A stretch of DNA of 64,000 bases, taken from positions 11,904,001-11,968,000 of the forward strand of contig CM059432.1 in assembly GCA_030390025.1 (NCBI GenBank), written 5' to 3'. Positions 37,723 to 51,777 of the stretch are shown in pieces. The notes beneath the pieces were generated by a model. It saw only the letters and a list, made by a program, of their open reading frames with translations, had not been told where the DNA came from and did not search any database. Origin of the DNA: Squalus acanthias. Its lineage: Eukaryota. How positions within the stretch are numbered: position 1 is the first letter of the stretch; each line of letters starts with the position of its first letter. The translations under genes and the position numbers were made by a program.

Positions 37723-39428
37723 TAAAAGTCGCTAGTTAAACTAGTTGTGGCTTTGACCAGTGGCAGTGCCTCAGTATAAGCAAAACTCTGAAAGGTGTGT
37801 AGATGTGAAATTTATTGTCTGTTGGGTGGTACATCAATGTAAAACCTTTATTCTTGGATGTAATTCTGAACTGAGAATTGCACATTTTGAACTGATAACT
37901 GCTCTTGTCATAGAGCAAAGTCAGTGTAATCTGCCCCTACCCCACCCTCCCCCAAATCGCATGGTTTCTTACAGCAGCTGAGTTGAGGAGGAAATATGTA
38001 ATATGTTAAATAATCTCATCATTACACAATATTAGGAGGGAATTCTGGAATTCAAAATGTTTTGTTAGCTGCAATAATTGTCAGTGTTAAAAAATAATAT
38101 TTTATATTTGTATTGGAGCACCTACCTTTTTGGAAGGAAACACTAGCCCATCATTGTGTGGTATTTATACATACATTTTAAAACTGCAGGTATGAAGTGA
38201 TGGCCCACGAAAGGCAGTGCCATGTCAGCGCAGATTATTCATGTCGAGGTTTTATAACGGGGACAAGTACACTAGTATTAATATTTAAAACTTCAACATT
38301 ACACATTGCTATATGTAGGAGAGTTTTTGTCACTGTACCTAAGCATTTTCACACTGATTTTCAGGGAGCTAGTCTCCTCTCCATTCACTTTGGTGACAGT
38401 GCACGGCCGAATGGCCAAAAAAAAAGTACTGTTGGCTTCTGTCTTTCCCCACCCCATCGTTTTCAAAAAAGGGGTTCCTGCTCAGGATAGGGCAAGACTC
38501 CACTGAAGTAGTCTACATGTATATTTGGTTTTCCCTTTGCCTTCCGCCTCCCACCTTCCATTTTTGCATGTCTCCATGCAGCTGTTACTTACTCCCAGAG
38601 CTGACTACTTCACGGCCACTGCCGATACTGCTTTGCTCAACCACTAGGTGGGACACAAGAGTGATCCGAGGTGACTCCCTGCCTACTGTTGCTGCAAATG
38701 CAAACGGAAGTTCTCCACGTGTGGCATTGTATGGCCCAACACTCCGTGAGAAGCTTTGATTCACTCTTCCTTCCTGTGGAGACTGCCTTGCCTCTGCTTG
38801 GTTCCTCTTTCTTGCTGTGCTTCAGATCGGGGAGCTGCAGGAACAATTGTGTCACATCGCTCCATGTCAGAGCATTGGGGCTGCAATGTTCTGCAACATT
38901 GTTTTCCTTCCCCGTTTTCGCATTCTTTACTATTGCCAAGAAGGACAGAAAGAGGAGAGTGGCCTCGTCATTTGGGCAATTCAGTGCCAAAAATTGCGGT
39001 TAATTTTGCAAGAAATCCAATTGCACTTCAGTAGATTGTTCAAATGCAGTATTTAGGTGGCAGTTTAAAACCTTCTGTTGTGAGGACTAGACCTTTTGTG
39101 TGTTTTTTTTTAAATGTGGGTGCTTAGCATAGCACGGTGAAATGACAGAATATGAGATTACATAGAATTTACAGCACAGAAATAGGCCATTCTGCCCAAC
39201 TGGTCTGTGCCCCACACGAGCCTCCACCTGCTCTATTCCGTCTCGCCCCCATCAGCATATCCTTCTGTTCCTTCATGTATTTATCTAGCTTCCCCTTAAA
39301 GGCATCTATGCTACTCGCCTCAACCGCTTCCTGTGGTAGTGAGTTCTGCATTCTCGCCACTCTCTGGGTAAAGAAGTTTCTCCTGAATTCCTTACTGGAT
39401 TTATTAGTGACTATCTTATATTTATGAC

Positions 39429-39588
39429 CAGTGTTCCCGTTAAACTGCGCAGCGGTCTGGAGGTCCCGTGCAGCCGGCTCACCGGCTTTTAAATGGAAAA
39501 AACTGCACATGCGCGGAAATCCGAATGGGCCGCACAGCCCATTAAAGGGGCCGCTCACTCAAAAATAAAAAAATTAGAGGGACCATTG
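39429..39588. mobile_element. hAT-like MITE, 160 bp, inserted in a CR1 fragment (39160-39630, -)
   Basis: CAGTGTTCCC...GGGACCATTG; perfect TSD TTTATGAC. Confidence 0.85.
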
Positions 39589-40124
39589 TTTATGACCCAT
39601 AGTTTTGGACTCTCCAACACAAGTGGAATCGTCTATGGGATCACGCCCATTACTGTGCTTCTCCACACAGTTGAGTTCCCAATCTGTTTGGGGGGCCGAG
39701 AGAAAGTGCTGAGTGAAGGTTCCTCCGCTTTTCCGCGAAGGGGCAGGGAAAATGGCATGGAGAATCACCCCTCTCTCACAGACCTCCTAGTCGCCAGTAA
39801 CTGAGGTCTGGCTGCTTTCTCAGCTGAGGAATGGTGTATAGCACAAGATTTTCTGTTGCTGTTTTGTATGTACGTGTGTTTTTTTTAAATAATCTAAGAT
39901 GAAACAGCACGGGCTACTCCTGCATGTTCTATCAGCTGGTTATTGGTTTTTAACAGCATTTGCATTTCATCAACCAACGAAAACTCCTGTATCATCTGTT
40001 ACTTCACAATGTATTAGAAAGTATTATTGGCTGGGGTGAGGGTGCTGTGTTTACATAGAAAAAGTACAGAGCTGTCTAATCCAGCAAATGATGATTGTGC
40101 CAGTACATACATTCTCATTATTGA

Positions 40125-40856
40125 TGGCCCAAAAATTCGTGAGGGAGCCTTCGTGCGAGGGTAAGGCTTCCCCGCGATCTCTCACTGCGCGCTGGCTTTT
40201 TCAGTCCGAGCTCGCACGAACTTGATGTTCTGGACAGCAGCTGTGCAGGGCTTCCGTATCCCACAGGCGCAGTTAATTCGTGCGAGCTGTGTGATCACGT
40301 GACTCAGTTAGAGCCAATGGCAGCACACCATCTTTCATTCATAGCTTTCACATAAGTGCTGTGAAAGCTATGAATCTATACCCCCCAAAAGAACAGCTAA
40401 ACCTCAATTAAATTTTAAAAAAAACCATCACATTAATAAAATAAGTATAGTTAAATAAATTAACCATTTTAAACAAAAAATTAAATTTTTGAAAAAATTT
40501 AAAATCTTTTAAAAAGTTATAAAAATAAACTTACCTGTCTTTAAAGTCTCTAAAAAAGATATACCTGTTAAAAAAAATTCAAAATAATACTTAATTAACT
40601 ACTTACCTTGTTAAAAGAGGGTCTTACGCCTCCTTTCTTTATGTCTAAAATGTTCCATGCTTACCTGCGCGTTCAAAGCACTAAGTGCACTGCGTGCGCG
40701 CAGCCTGTAGCGCGCACGCGGTTCACCTAGGAACCGCCCCCTTTTGAATTCACCAAGTGCCGGTTTTCAGCGCATGCAGAAAACCGGCAATTGGAGACAG
40801 AATACGCGAGAGTACACAGTGCGTACTCTCGCGTAGCAACACTAATTTTTGGGCCA
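40125..40856 (-). mobile_element. Non-autonomous TIR element, 732 bp (copy B, inverted relative to copy A)
   Basis: Reverse complement of 12051-12798 with few substitutions and small indels. Confidence 0.9.
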
Positions 40857-41373
40857 TTAATACTGAGAATGCCCCAACGCAGAGCAAAAATGTCAAATTC
40901 AGGAACAAACACAATTTACTGAGACAACTTGGGTATCTTTCAAACATAATCAAGTCTGAACCCACCTTTTGTGAAATCCATTTGTATTTTAGACCATTAT
41001 GTAGCTGCAGCAAGATTTACGTAAATACTTCAATATTACACTTTTTAGAACCGCTGTAAATTTAGAAGAAAATGTTAATTTGATATTGTAATTTTAACAC
41101 CGTATTCAGGCCACACAACTTTTTTTTAAATAAAGAGTCCACAGAATATATTAATCTGTAACAATCCTCCGTTTGCTCATCAAGAGACAGCAGACAATTA
41201 TGGAAGTGAAGCTTGAAACGAGCAGTGCTGTCGGAATTGGCTGCGTGCTCGAGTGCCTTCCTGATCCTTTTCTTGTTTTGTTCAAACTATGTTCCCGCCT
41301 GGAGTGCAGGCAAAGAAACCCTGCCGACCTTGACACTTCTAGATGTTGTTGTATTAATTGGATCCTAGTGTAG

Positions 41374-41547
<174 letters not shown>

Positions 41548-42139
41548 TGAAGCTGATCAGAACCTGTATCATTTTACGTGAAAACATTTGCAGTGGAGAA
41601 TAAAACGGATATTGGAATTGGTGATGTGCACACTTTGTTTAATTCTTGCAGCAGATTCCGTCGAAAGTTACCCATGCCCATTAAGCTCTGCACCAGACCC
41701 CGACAGTGAAAATGGCTCAAATTAAAAATTGTTGCCCCTTCTGCTGGGTAAATGCACCACTCAATGGGTACTAAGTAATGCAGTTCGTATTGTCCCAGAT
41801 TCAATTTCCAATCGATGCTGAGTTAGTTGCTGGGGCAGTAGCTGGGGTGCTACAGTTGACCTTTATGCCTATGGGGGGAGGGTGGGGGCAGGAGCCAGGT
41901 TTTCTGCTCCTGATCACCATCATTACGGGAACGGTTGTGTTGTGGTAATGTTACTGGACTAGTAATCCAGAGGCCTGGACTAATGATCCGGAGACAAGAG
42001 TTCAAATCTCACCACGACAGCTCGGGAATTTAAATTCCGTTAAATAAATCTGGAATAAAAAAGCTAGTATGGTGACCATGTAACTACTGGATTGTCGTTA
42101 AAAACCCATCTGATTCACTAATGTTCTTTAAAAAGAAGG

Positions 42140-42497
42140 AGGACTTTGATTTATATAGCGCCTTTCACGACCACCGGACTTCATTACAGCCAATGAAGTA
42201 CTTTTGGAGTGTAGTCAGTGTTGTAATGTGGGAAACGCGGCAGCCAATTGAGCACAGCAAGGTGCTACAAATAGCAATGTGATAATGACCAGATAATCTG
42301 TTTTTTTGTTATGCTGATTGAGAGATAGTGCCACGGGATCTTTTACGTCCACCTGAGAGAGCAGACGGGGCCTCGGTTTAATGTCTGAACTGGGAGTGCC
42401 AGCCTAGATTTTTGTGCTCAAGTCTCTGGAGTGGGACTCGAACCCACAACCTTCTGACTCCGAGGCGAGAGTGCTGCCCACTGAGCCACGGCTGACA
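42140..42497 (-). mobile_element. Deu-domain SINE with internal deletions, abutting an opposed SINE (41930-42130, +)
   Basis: Colinear with the 19680 copy. Confidence 0.78.
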
Positions 42498-42893
42498 CAG
42501 AAAAGCAAACTGTCCCAGTTTGTATTAATTCCACTTGCTGGGCTGGGTCTGTGCTCTTGCGTGGTTTATATCGTATCCAGTTCTAGATTCATTTTTTTAA
42601 AAGCATTTTTTGGGGGTGGGACAGCAAGAAATGCTGTGCCTTGTGAATGTTCTCTTTTTTGATTTCAGTAGGAAAATGATGAGCAGCAAGTCAAGCTTCT
42701 CGCCACGGGCAGGGAAAAGTGGAAGGCCAGTCACTCAGGACTGCTCTTGTGCATTTCCAAATGAACCCATACTAGCAGCAGAACTACCTATTACAACAGT
42801 TCGTGGATAGATTGTGTTGATGCAGCCTTTTTTTTGCAGCCTGTTTTTTTTTTGCAGTACTAATTGTGCAGTTTTAATTTTCTCCTAATAAAG

Positions 42894-43019
42894 GACCACC
42901 TGACATTAAAGGAAGGGCTTCAATTTTTAAAGTTCATCTCAAACCTTTAAAATTAGAAATTTCTATCAATGCGGAGAGTTTGGCAAGGAAACTAGCAGCT
43001 TTGACTCCTGGATTTACAG
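42894..43019 (+). CDS. AFG3L2: AFG3L2 exon 12 ([42 protein letters not shown])
   Basis: AAG acceptor, non-canonical CAG|GCAAGT donor, 126 nt; joins exon 13 to give TPGFTGADIANV. Confidence 0.95.
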
Positions 43020-43634
43020 GCAAGTGTTGATAATCCTGTCAATAGAATGAGATGCAATGTAAGTAGTATAGAAATTATTTCCTCCGATTAAAATTGCATG
43101 GCCAAAAATTGCAGAATTTATGGTTGCACTTTTTCATTTTCTCAAATCTATTGTCCATCTTTTATCTTCCACATACATTTATAGATCTCTCCTCTAAGAA
43201 TGGAAAATCACAAGAATATTGTCCCTTTTATGAGCTTTGTTTGCTAGCCTCTACTTTTTTTGAGGAACTGATCTCCCAAGTGGTCTGTTGAAAGCCCTAC
43301 AATGGTGTACTTAGACTTCCAAAAGCATTTGACAAAGTTTCACATGAAAGGTTATGAGTTACTAAAGCAGTGGGAATTCGGGGTAAATCTTGGGAATCCA
43401 TGGTACTTTATAGCCTTAAGCCAACTTATCAGTTACTAATTAGGAGTTATGTCCGGGTGGGAGGAAGTGCTGAATAGGGTGCTACAAGGATTCGTGTTGG
43501 GATCCTTACAGTTTCTAATCTAAATTAATTTACACCAATGACTTGGATTCCAAAACTTCATGCAAATTGGTCTGTTCTCTTCATCTTTAGAAGTACAAAT
43601 CATCGAACTTGCATTTATATAATGTCTTATATAA

Positions 43635-44855
43635 TGATGTAACTAGTAGGATGGATAAGGGGGAAACCAGTGGATGTAGTGTACTTGGATTTTCAAAAAG
43701 CATTCGATAAGGTGCCACACAAAGAGGTTATTACCCAAAATTAGGACTCATGGTATTGGGGGTAGTATATTAGCATGGATTGAAGATTGGTTAATGGACA
43801 GAAAACAGAGAGTGGGAATAAACGGGACTTTTTCAGGTTGGCAGGCTATAACTAGCGGGGTACCGCAAGGATCAGTACTTGGGCCTCCGCTATTTACAAT
43901 CTATATTCATGACTTAGATGAAGGGACTGAGTATAACGTATCCAAGTTTGCTGCTGATACAAAGTTAGGTGGGAAAGTAAGCTGTGAGGAGGACGCAAAG
44001 AGGCTGCAGAGAGACATAGACAGGTTAACTGAGTGGACAATAACATGGCAAATGAAATACAATGTGGGGACGTGTGAAGTTATCCACTTTAGTAGGAAAA
44101 ACAAAAAAGCAGAACATTTTTTGAATGGTGAGAGACTGGGAAATGTTTACATTCAGAGGGACCTGGGTGTCCTTGTACATGAATCACAAAGTTAACATGC
44201 AGGTACAGCAAGCAATTAGGAAAGCAAATGGTATGTTAGCTTTTGTTACAAAGAGATTAGAGTACAAGAGTAAAGAAGTCTTACTACAATTATACAGGGC
44301 ATTGGTGAGGCCACACCTGGAGTACTGTGTACAGTTCTGGTCTCCTTACCTAAGGAAAGACATACTTGCCTTAGAAGGAGTGCAGTGAAGGCTCACTAGA
44401 CTGGATCCTGAGATGAGGGAATTGCCCTATGAGGAGAGATTGAGTAGAGTAGGCCTATATTCCCCGGAGTTTAGAAGAATGAGAGGTGATCTAATTGAAA
44501 CATATAAAATTCTTAAGAGGCTTGACAGGGTTAATGCTGGGAAAATGTTTCCCCTGCTGGGGAATCTAGAACACAGGGTCACAGTCTCAGAATAAGGGGT
44601 AGGCCATTTAGGACTGAGATGAGGAGAAATTTCTTGTGAATCTTTGGAATTCTCTACCCCAGAGAGCTGTAGATGCTCAGTCGTTGCGTATTTTCAAGAC
44701 AGAGATCGATAAATTTTTGGGAACGAAGGGAATTAAGGGATATGGGGATAGTGCGGGAAGGTGGAGTTGAGGTAGAAGATCAGCCATGATCTTGTTGAAT
44801 GGCGCAGCAGGCTTAAAGGGCCAAATGGCCGACTCCTGCTCCTATTTCTTATGTT
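43635..44855 (+). mobile_element. CR1 RT + 3' end
   Basis: [35 protein letters not shown]1 3' UTR. Confidence 0.92.
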
Positions 44856-44921
44856 CACAACCTCAGGGCGTTCCGAAACAATTCACAGCCAATGAAGTAC
44901 TTTTGAAGTGTAGTCACTAGT

Positions 44922-45425
44922 AAAACTGAAGTCAGTGGGGATCGGGGGAACGCTCTCCAGTGGCTGGAGTCATGCCTAGCACAAAGGAAGATAGATGTGG
45001 TTGTTGGAGGCCACTCATCTCAGCCCCAGGACATCGCTGCAAGTGTTCCTCAGGGCAGCGTCCTAGGCCCATCTATCTTCAGCTGCTTCATCAATGACCT
45101 TCCCTCCATCATAAGGTCAGAAGTGGGGATGTTCGCTAATGATTGCACAGTGTTCAGCTCCATTCGCAATTTCTCAGATAATGAAGCAGTCCATGCCCGC
45201 ATGCAGCAAGACCTGGACGACATTCAGGCTTGGGCTGCAAAGTGGCAAGTAAAATTCGTGCCACATAAGTGCCAGGCAATGACCATCTCCATCAAGAGAG
45301 CATCTAACCCCATGGCATTCAATGACATTACCATCGCCGAATCCCCTACCATCAACATCCTGGGGGGTCGCCATTGACCAGAAACTCAACTGGACCAGCC
45401 ACATAAATGCCGTGGCTACTAGAGC
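44922..45425 (+). mobile_element. CR1-like LINE RT fragment (second family)
   Basis: [21 protein letters not shown]...FANDCT...QQDLDDIQAW. Confidence 0.85.
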
Positions 45426-45813
45426 AGTCAGAGGCGAGTGACCACTTGTGGAGCTGGGTCTCCATCTTGAAAGTTTCAATCGATCCAGCATCCACATCCA
45501 CAGCCTTTTGGGAAAGAGAATTCCAGATTTCCGCTGCCCTTTGTGTGCAAAAGTGGTTCCTGATTTCACTCCTGAATAACCTAGCTCTAATTTTAAGATT
45601 GTGCCCCTTGTTCTGATTCCCCCACCAGAGGAAATGGTTTCTCTCTCTGTGTAAATGGAGAATCTTGTAATGTCTGAAATTGTTGGTTTGCGTCCCACTG
45701 AAGCATTGTTTTCTGCTAGTGGTGACTCTTGCTCTTGAAATGTCATGCTGGGATCTTATGCAGCTGCTGGATATGAATCATATTTGTGTTCTTGGTGATT
45801 TCATTTCCTTCAG

Positions 45814-45924
45814 GAGCTGACATTGCGAATGTATGCAACGAAGCTGCTTTAATTGCTGCCAGACACTTATCTGAGGCCATTATACAGAAGCACTTTGAAC
45901 AGGCCATTGAGCGGGTAATTGGAG
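45814..45924 (+). CDS. AFG3L2: AFG3L2 exon 13 ([37 protein letters not shown])
   Basis: TTCAG acceptor, GAG|GTAAG donor, 111 nt. Confidence 0.98.
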
Positions 45925-46984
45925 GTAAGGAGTATGGATGTTCTTAATATTGATACTCTACCAGCAACATTTGGGCATCAGTGCTAAAATACTGAATTGT
46001 ATTCATAGAGTTAAAAATAACACATGGAGCAGCATTATTGATATTTCAATGAATCATGCAGTGAACTGGTAGAATGTGCATTCATAACCATGAATCATCA
46101 ATAACACATCAGACAGCAAGTTCTCATTTCAATAACACAGGCTAGCTACTTCCCTGAAATGTGTAAAGAAAAAAAATCAAAGAGCTGGTCACCCAGTCTG
46201 CTGTTGTACATCTTGTAGTGAATAGTTATTGAGGAGCAGGAGAAAATCGGGTGACACATACATTGAATGTATTCCCAGGCTGTGCAGTGGACCAGTGGTA
46301 AAGCAGCTTCATCCCGAGATTCCCCACATCCAGAGTTCCAAGTCTCACCCAGGCCATTGGAAGATCCCCTGCTCTCTCACTTCCTCGCGGGTAGTTGTGG
46401 AGTAGTAATTCCACATGCTTGTCACTTGGTTGCCTGTCCAGCCACTTGGTATTTTTTTTATGCGTCGCTGGCAAGGCCAGCATTTATTGCCCATCCCTGA
46501 TTGCCCTTGAGAAGATGGTGGTGAACCGCCTTCTTAAACCGCTGCAGTCCGTGTGGTGAAGGTACTCCCATAGCTATTAGGGAGGGTTTTGACCCAGCGA
46601 CCATGAAGGAACGGCGATATATTTCCAAGTCAGGATGGTGTGTGACTTGGAGGGGAACTTGGAGGTGGTGGTGTTCCCATGCGCCTGCTGCCCTTGTCCT
46701 TCTAGGTGGTAGAGGTCGCGGGTTTGGGAGGTGCTGTCAAAGAAGACTTGGCGAATTCCTGCAGTGCATCTTGTAGATGGTACACACTGCAGCCACAGTG
46801 TGCCGGTTGTGGAGGGAGTGAATATGGTGTAGAGAGATTCAAAGGAAAGGTGAAAAAACAATTGTTGCAGTATTTCCGAAGTAGAAAGTATAGTAGGTAC
46901 AATTTTTGGTTTAAGAAATATTGACTAAGAATTTATTTGTGGTATGGTTGCATCGTTTTAAGTGCTTCCCTTAACTAATAGCAG

Positions 46985-48030
46985 AAAAAAAACTGCAGCT
47001 TCTGGAAATCAAATAAAAATAGAAAATGTTGTAAATACTTAGCAGGTCAGTCAGCATCTGCTGAGAGAGCAAACAAGTTAACATTTCAGGTGTGATCCCT
47101 TTGTCAGAACTGGAAGATACTACAGATGAACAGACTTTAAAAGAAACAGAACAAAGGGTGGGGGTGGGGGGTAAAACACTCGCATGCAAGAGAAGAAATA
47201 GAATGAACAGGAAAGTAGCAGGCATAACGAGGGAGAAGTCGAAGAAATAAAAGACATTTACGAGACATGGAGAATGTGTGAAGTGGTAGGTTATAAGGCA
47301 GGTGGAAATGGAAGCACAAAAAACTGGCAAAGCAAAGCAGGCTCCACTGGCCCAATAGTCTGGGAGAAGAAAAAAGCAGGTTGACACCAAAGATGCAGAC
47401 CGTCCCGCCAGCACGGCGTTCCGACAGAGGGACCCCAGCCCAGTAACCAACTCCTCTGCCACCCCTCCGAAACGCCGGCACACCCATCCCTCGCTGCAAG
47501 CAATTCCTGCAGGAGAGAAAGTAGGAGCTTAAGTTATTAAAGTCAATAAGACTAAAAGGCTACAACGTACCTAATAGAAAGATGAGGTGCTGTTCTTTGA
47601 GCTTGTGTTGAGCTTCGTTGGAACAGTACCAAAGACCGAGAGGTCAGAGTGTAATGGGGAATTGAAGTAATGATAGGAAGCTCGAGGTCACAGTTGCATG
47701 CAGAATGGAGGTGTTCTGAAAAGCAGACACCTAATCTGCGTTTGGTCTCCCCAATGTGGAGTTGGTGGAAGTACACAAATTGCTGTCTCACCTGAAAGGA
47801 GTGTTTGGGATCCTGCACAGTGGTGTGGGAGGAGGTGAACTGTCTCCTGCTCTGACTCATTCCACATGGAGTCCAGCTCAAACTTCAATCTACCTGTTTC
47901 GGATTTACCTTCTGCACTGTTCCACTGAAGCTCACTTCAACCCCGAGGAACAGCACCTTCTTTTTCTATTGAGTATTTTGCAGCCCTCTATCCTGAATAT
48001 TGACTAATAACTTCAAACCTTAACTCTAAG
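46985..48030 (-). mobile_element. Degraded Penelope-like element (GIY-YIG relic 47550-47860, tail ~46985-47113, inverted 3' piece ~47900-48030)
   Basis: QDPKHSFQVRQQF...HIGETKRRLG..FSEHL; + strand LHCSTEA...EEQHLLF. Confidence 0.8.
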
Positions 48031-48556
48031 CTCCCACTTTCTCCTTGACAAGGTGGGTGTTGTCAGCATTTGGGAGATGGGAGGTGTTGTTAGATTTTTA
48101 AATTTAAGGATAATAGAAGCAACAGCGAAAGTAATGAAGAGGATTGAGATTACAGTGCAGAGCAATTGTGGTAGATTGCCAACCACCACATCAGAAAGGA
48201 TTCAGGATTATGCAGGGGACAGTGGGGTTGTATGCCAACACCTCTACTAACTGGGCCTCCCAGAAGTGTTGTAGGAGCCAATTGGCAACACATGACAAAA
48301 CCTGCAGACTTCATGGTGGGGAAGGCAGCAGTTTTTGCTGCTTGTGTGATATGTAGCCATAGATGGCAAACTCACTTAATTCTGACCCGAATTCACTTTA
48401 TATCTAAAGAAGAAGGACTTTAATTTCTATAGCGCCTTTCACAACCACCGGACGTCCCAAAGTGCTTTACAGCCAATGAAGTACTTTTGAAGTGTAGTCA
48501 CTGTTGTAATGTAGGAATTTGGTACTTTCTTGATTTGATTATCTTATTCGTGTTAA

Positions 48557-48835
<279 letters not shown>

Positions 48836-49809
48836 TAAGCGAATGAATTACAGCAGATATTGGAAGCCTAATCCCGTGGTAAATCATGTTTATGAAACTG
48901 TTCGATTTCTGCTCTGTAGGCAGGAGGCTGTGATCCATTGCTTCAGAATGCCAACATAAGAAGCGCTAGAATATTCAGTGCTGACTCGGTTGAGTCAATA
49001 TTCCCATTGAAGGCGATTAAATTATTTAATAATATATGGAACGTCTTTCCCTGTTAAAGGCAGGCGCTATATTAATGTAAATTGTTGTTTGTAGATTTTT
49101 GTTTCCGTATTTATGCTGGAAAAACAGCAAGCCCACTAGTACTTGAAAAGCGAAGGCAGGTTAATATTTTGGATGCGGACCCTTTGTCAGAGATCTGATT
49201 GCACCTGATCTCTCCAAGGAGGTAATTATTGATCTCGTAACATGAGATTCCCTCAGCTCCGAGGCTGCTCAGGCCAGTACTGCTAAAGCAAACCTATAAT
49301 GATTGGTATCAGGCGTTCTAGTGAAAACAAAGTGTAAATATTGGGAAGCCTCCGATACCATAACCTAACAAAAGAAAGGAAGGAAAGAACTTGCATTATA
49401 TAAAGCACCTTTCACGACCTCAGGATGTCCCAAAGTGCTGATGAAGTACTTTTGAAGTGTATCAGTGTTGCAATGTAAGGAAGCGCAGCAGCCAATTTGC
49501 GCACGGCAAGGTCCCACAAGCAGAAATGAAATACATGGTCAGAATGGCAGTGGTCGGGAATGTGTCAGGAACACAGCGTTAAGCACCCGACCGCCATTTT
49601 AACCGCCCACCCGCCATGTTCCCGCTGGGCGGGCAGGGTTAAAATTGGGCCTGAGGTTGTTACACCTTGATATTTGATAGTGCCCATAAAGGCAGGTGGA
49701 GTCTGCCATAGACGTGATTTCGGTCCTATAAATGCAAGACTTTCGTTCTTTTAAAACAGGTGAGTGAGTGATTAGATTTTCACACATTATCCAGACAGTG
49801 TGCCCAACA

Positions 49810-50005
49810 GACTGGTTAAACCTAAACGATGCCTACTTCCATATTGCCATACAGGAGCACCACTGGAAAGTTCCTCCGGCTCAGTTTCCAGGGGGACAGT
49901 TATCAATACAAGATGTTTAATTTTGGCCTCTCCTCAGCACCTAGAATTCTCAGAAATTGCTTGTCAGTGGCCACAGCACATCTCTTGGACGCTTGGAAGA
50001 AGAAA
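49810..50005 (+). mobile_element. DIRS-type retrotransposon RT relic
   Basis: Across one frameshift: LNDAYFHIAIQEHHW/KFLRLSFQGDSYQYKMFNFGLSSAPRI. Confidence 0.7.
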
Positions 50006-50166
50006 GGTATTGCATTTATTTAGCGCCTTTCACGTCCTGAGGGCACCCCAAAGCGCATCAGAGCCAATGAGATCATTTTGAAGTCCAGTCACTCTTGATT
50101 TGTAGGCAAACGGGGCGGCTAATCTGTGCACAGAATTCTAAGACATTCTTGCTGGTTTTTTTTTAG

Positions 50167-50400
<234 letters not shown>

Positions 50401-51582
50401 TAATGTGCTTCAAATGTTCTGTTCCAATTTACTCTTCAACATTACTTTTGCATTGTGTTAATACCAAATAAATTGTGAGCAAAATCAATTACATATGCAC
50501 GTTGACTTGTATATAAAATATCTTGAGGGTATTCTTAGTTGCTGTAGACTGTCTTCAGTCATGTTTGAATCTAGTGTTTGGCTAAACATTGTGATCATAA
50601 TTAAAATCCATGCTGATCCATCTCAGATTGGGAAGGTGGACAAAGCAAGGGTACCAGAGACCTGCATCTTCATTCCCTCTGCCGTAGGCTGGTGGTCTCT
50701 GAAACTGGCTCCAATTAATGACCCAACAAATGTGAGGGATAAATTCCTTCCTCTCTGAAACTCCTTGTGAGATGGCCCACCGATAGCTGGGATAGCCTGA
50801 CACTAAACCGTTTCTCCACCCCCCCCCCCCTCCACCCACCAACCATCCAGCTTTGGCTGGCTCTATATTAGATCTCCTGGGCATCCATCCCCCCTCTTTC
50901 CTCTTCCCTCACCCCCCCCTTACATAACAACTACCCAAGTGTTTCATGCTACCTTGTGTATATTACATTGTACTGAGAGTCAATGGGTCAAAATCCTGGA
51001 ACTCCCTCCCTAACAGCACTGTGGGAGTACCTTCACCACACAGACTGCAGCGGTTCAAGAAGGCGGCTCACCACCACCTTCTCGAGGACAACTAGGGATG
51101 GACAATAAATGCTGGCCTTGCCAGTGACGCCCAGATCCATAAGCGAATAAAAAATTTTAAAAAAATTACGCTGCTCAACAGCATGTAGTATTTTTTTTTG
51201 GTTATGTATACTTTGTTTCCTTTTATTTCTTTGTACGTAATAAAATAAAGGGTTTACATATTTTCCCCTTTAAACATGAAGGAAAGTTGAGTATGAAACA
51301 TTGAATCTTATAGTATGAAGCGAATAACCCATTGTATTGATGCTTTCTATTTGTAAAACCAGTCAAGTCAAAATTAACCTGGGTCAGCACATGCTGGAGA
51401 AATTCCTGATACTGGGTGGGAGGGGAACAGTGGAGAATAAGGTTGTTTTTTTTTTGCTGGGTTTACTGGTGAAATTAATCTTTCTTTTAAGGGGGCGGGG
51501 GTGGTTGGACTTTGTAGCCTCAGTGAGCTACATTAATATGCGATAAATGCTCATGGTTAATTTTTCTTGGTCTTTTCCCTAG

Positions 51583-51777
51583 ATCGTCCAGTTTGGTATG
51601 AATGAAAAGGTAGGGCAGGTGTCCTTTGACTTCCCACGACAAGGCGAGATGACTTTAGAAAAACCATATAGTGAGGCCACTGCCCGACTGATAGATGAAG
51701 AAGTGCGATCACTCATCAATTCTGCATATGAGAAGACTCTGTCACTTCTAACAGAAAAAACAGCAGAGGTTGAGAAG
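51583..51777 (+). CDS. AFG3L2: AFG3L2 exon 16 ([16 protein letters not shown]...[16 protein letters not shown]...EVEK)
   Basis: CCTAG acceptor, AAG|GTTAG donor, 195 nt. Confidence 0.98.

Noticed and set aside
38197..39056. Cluster of overlapping 66-117 aa ORFs in intron 10
   Set aside because: No recognisable motifs or consistent splice structure; consistent with chance ORFs
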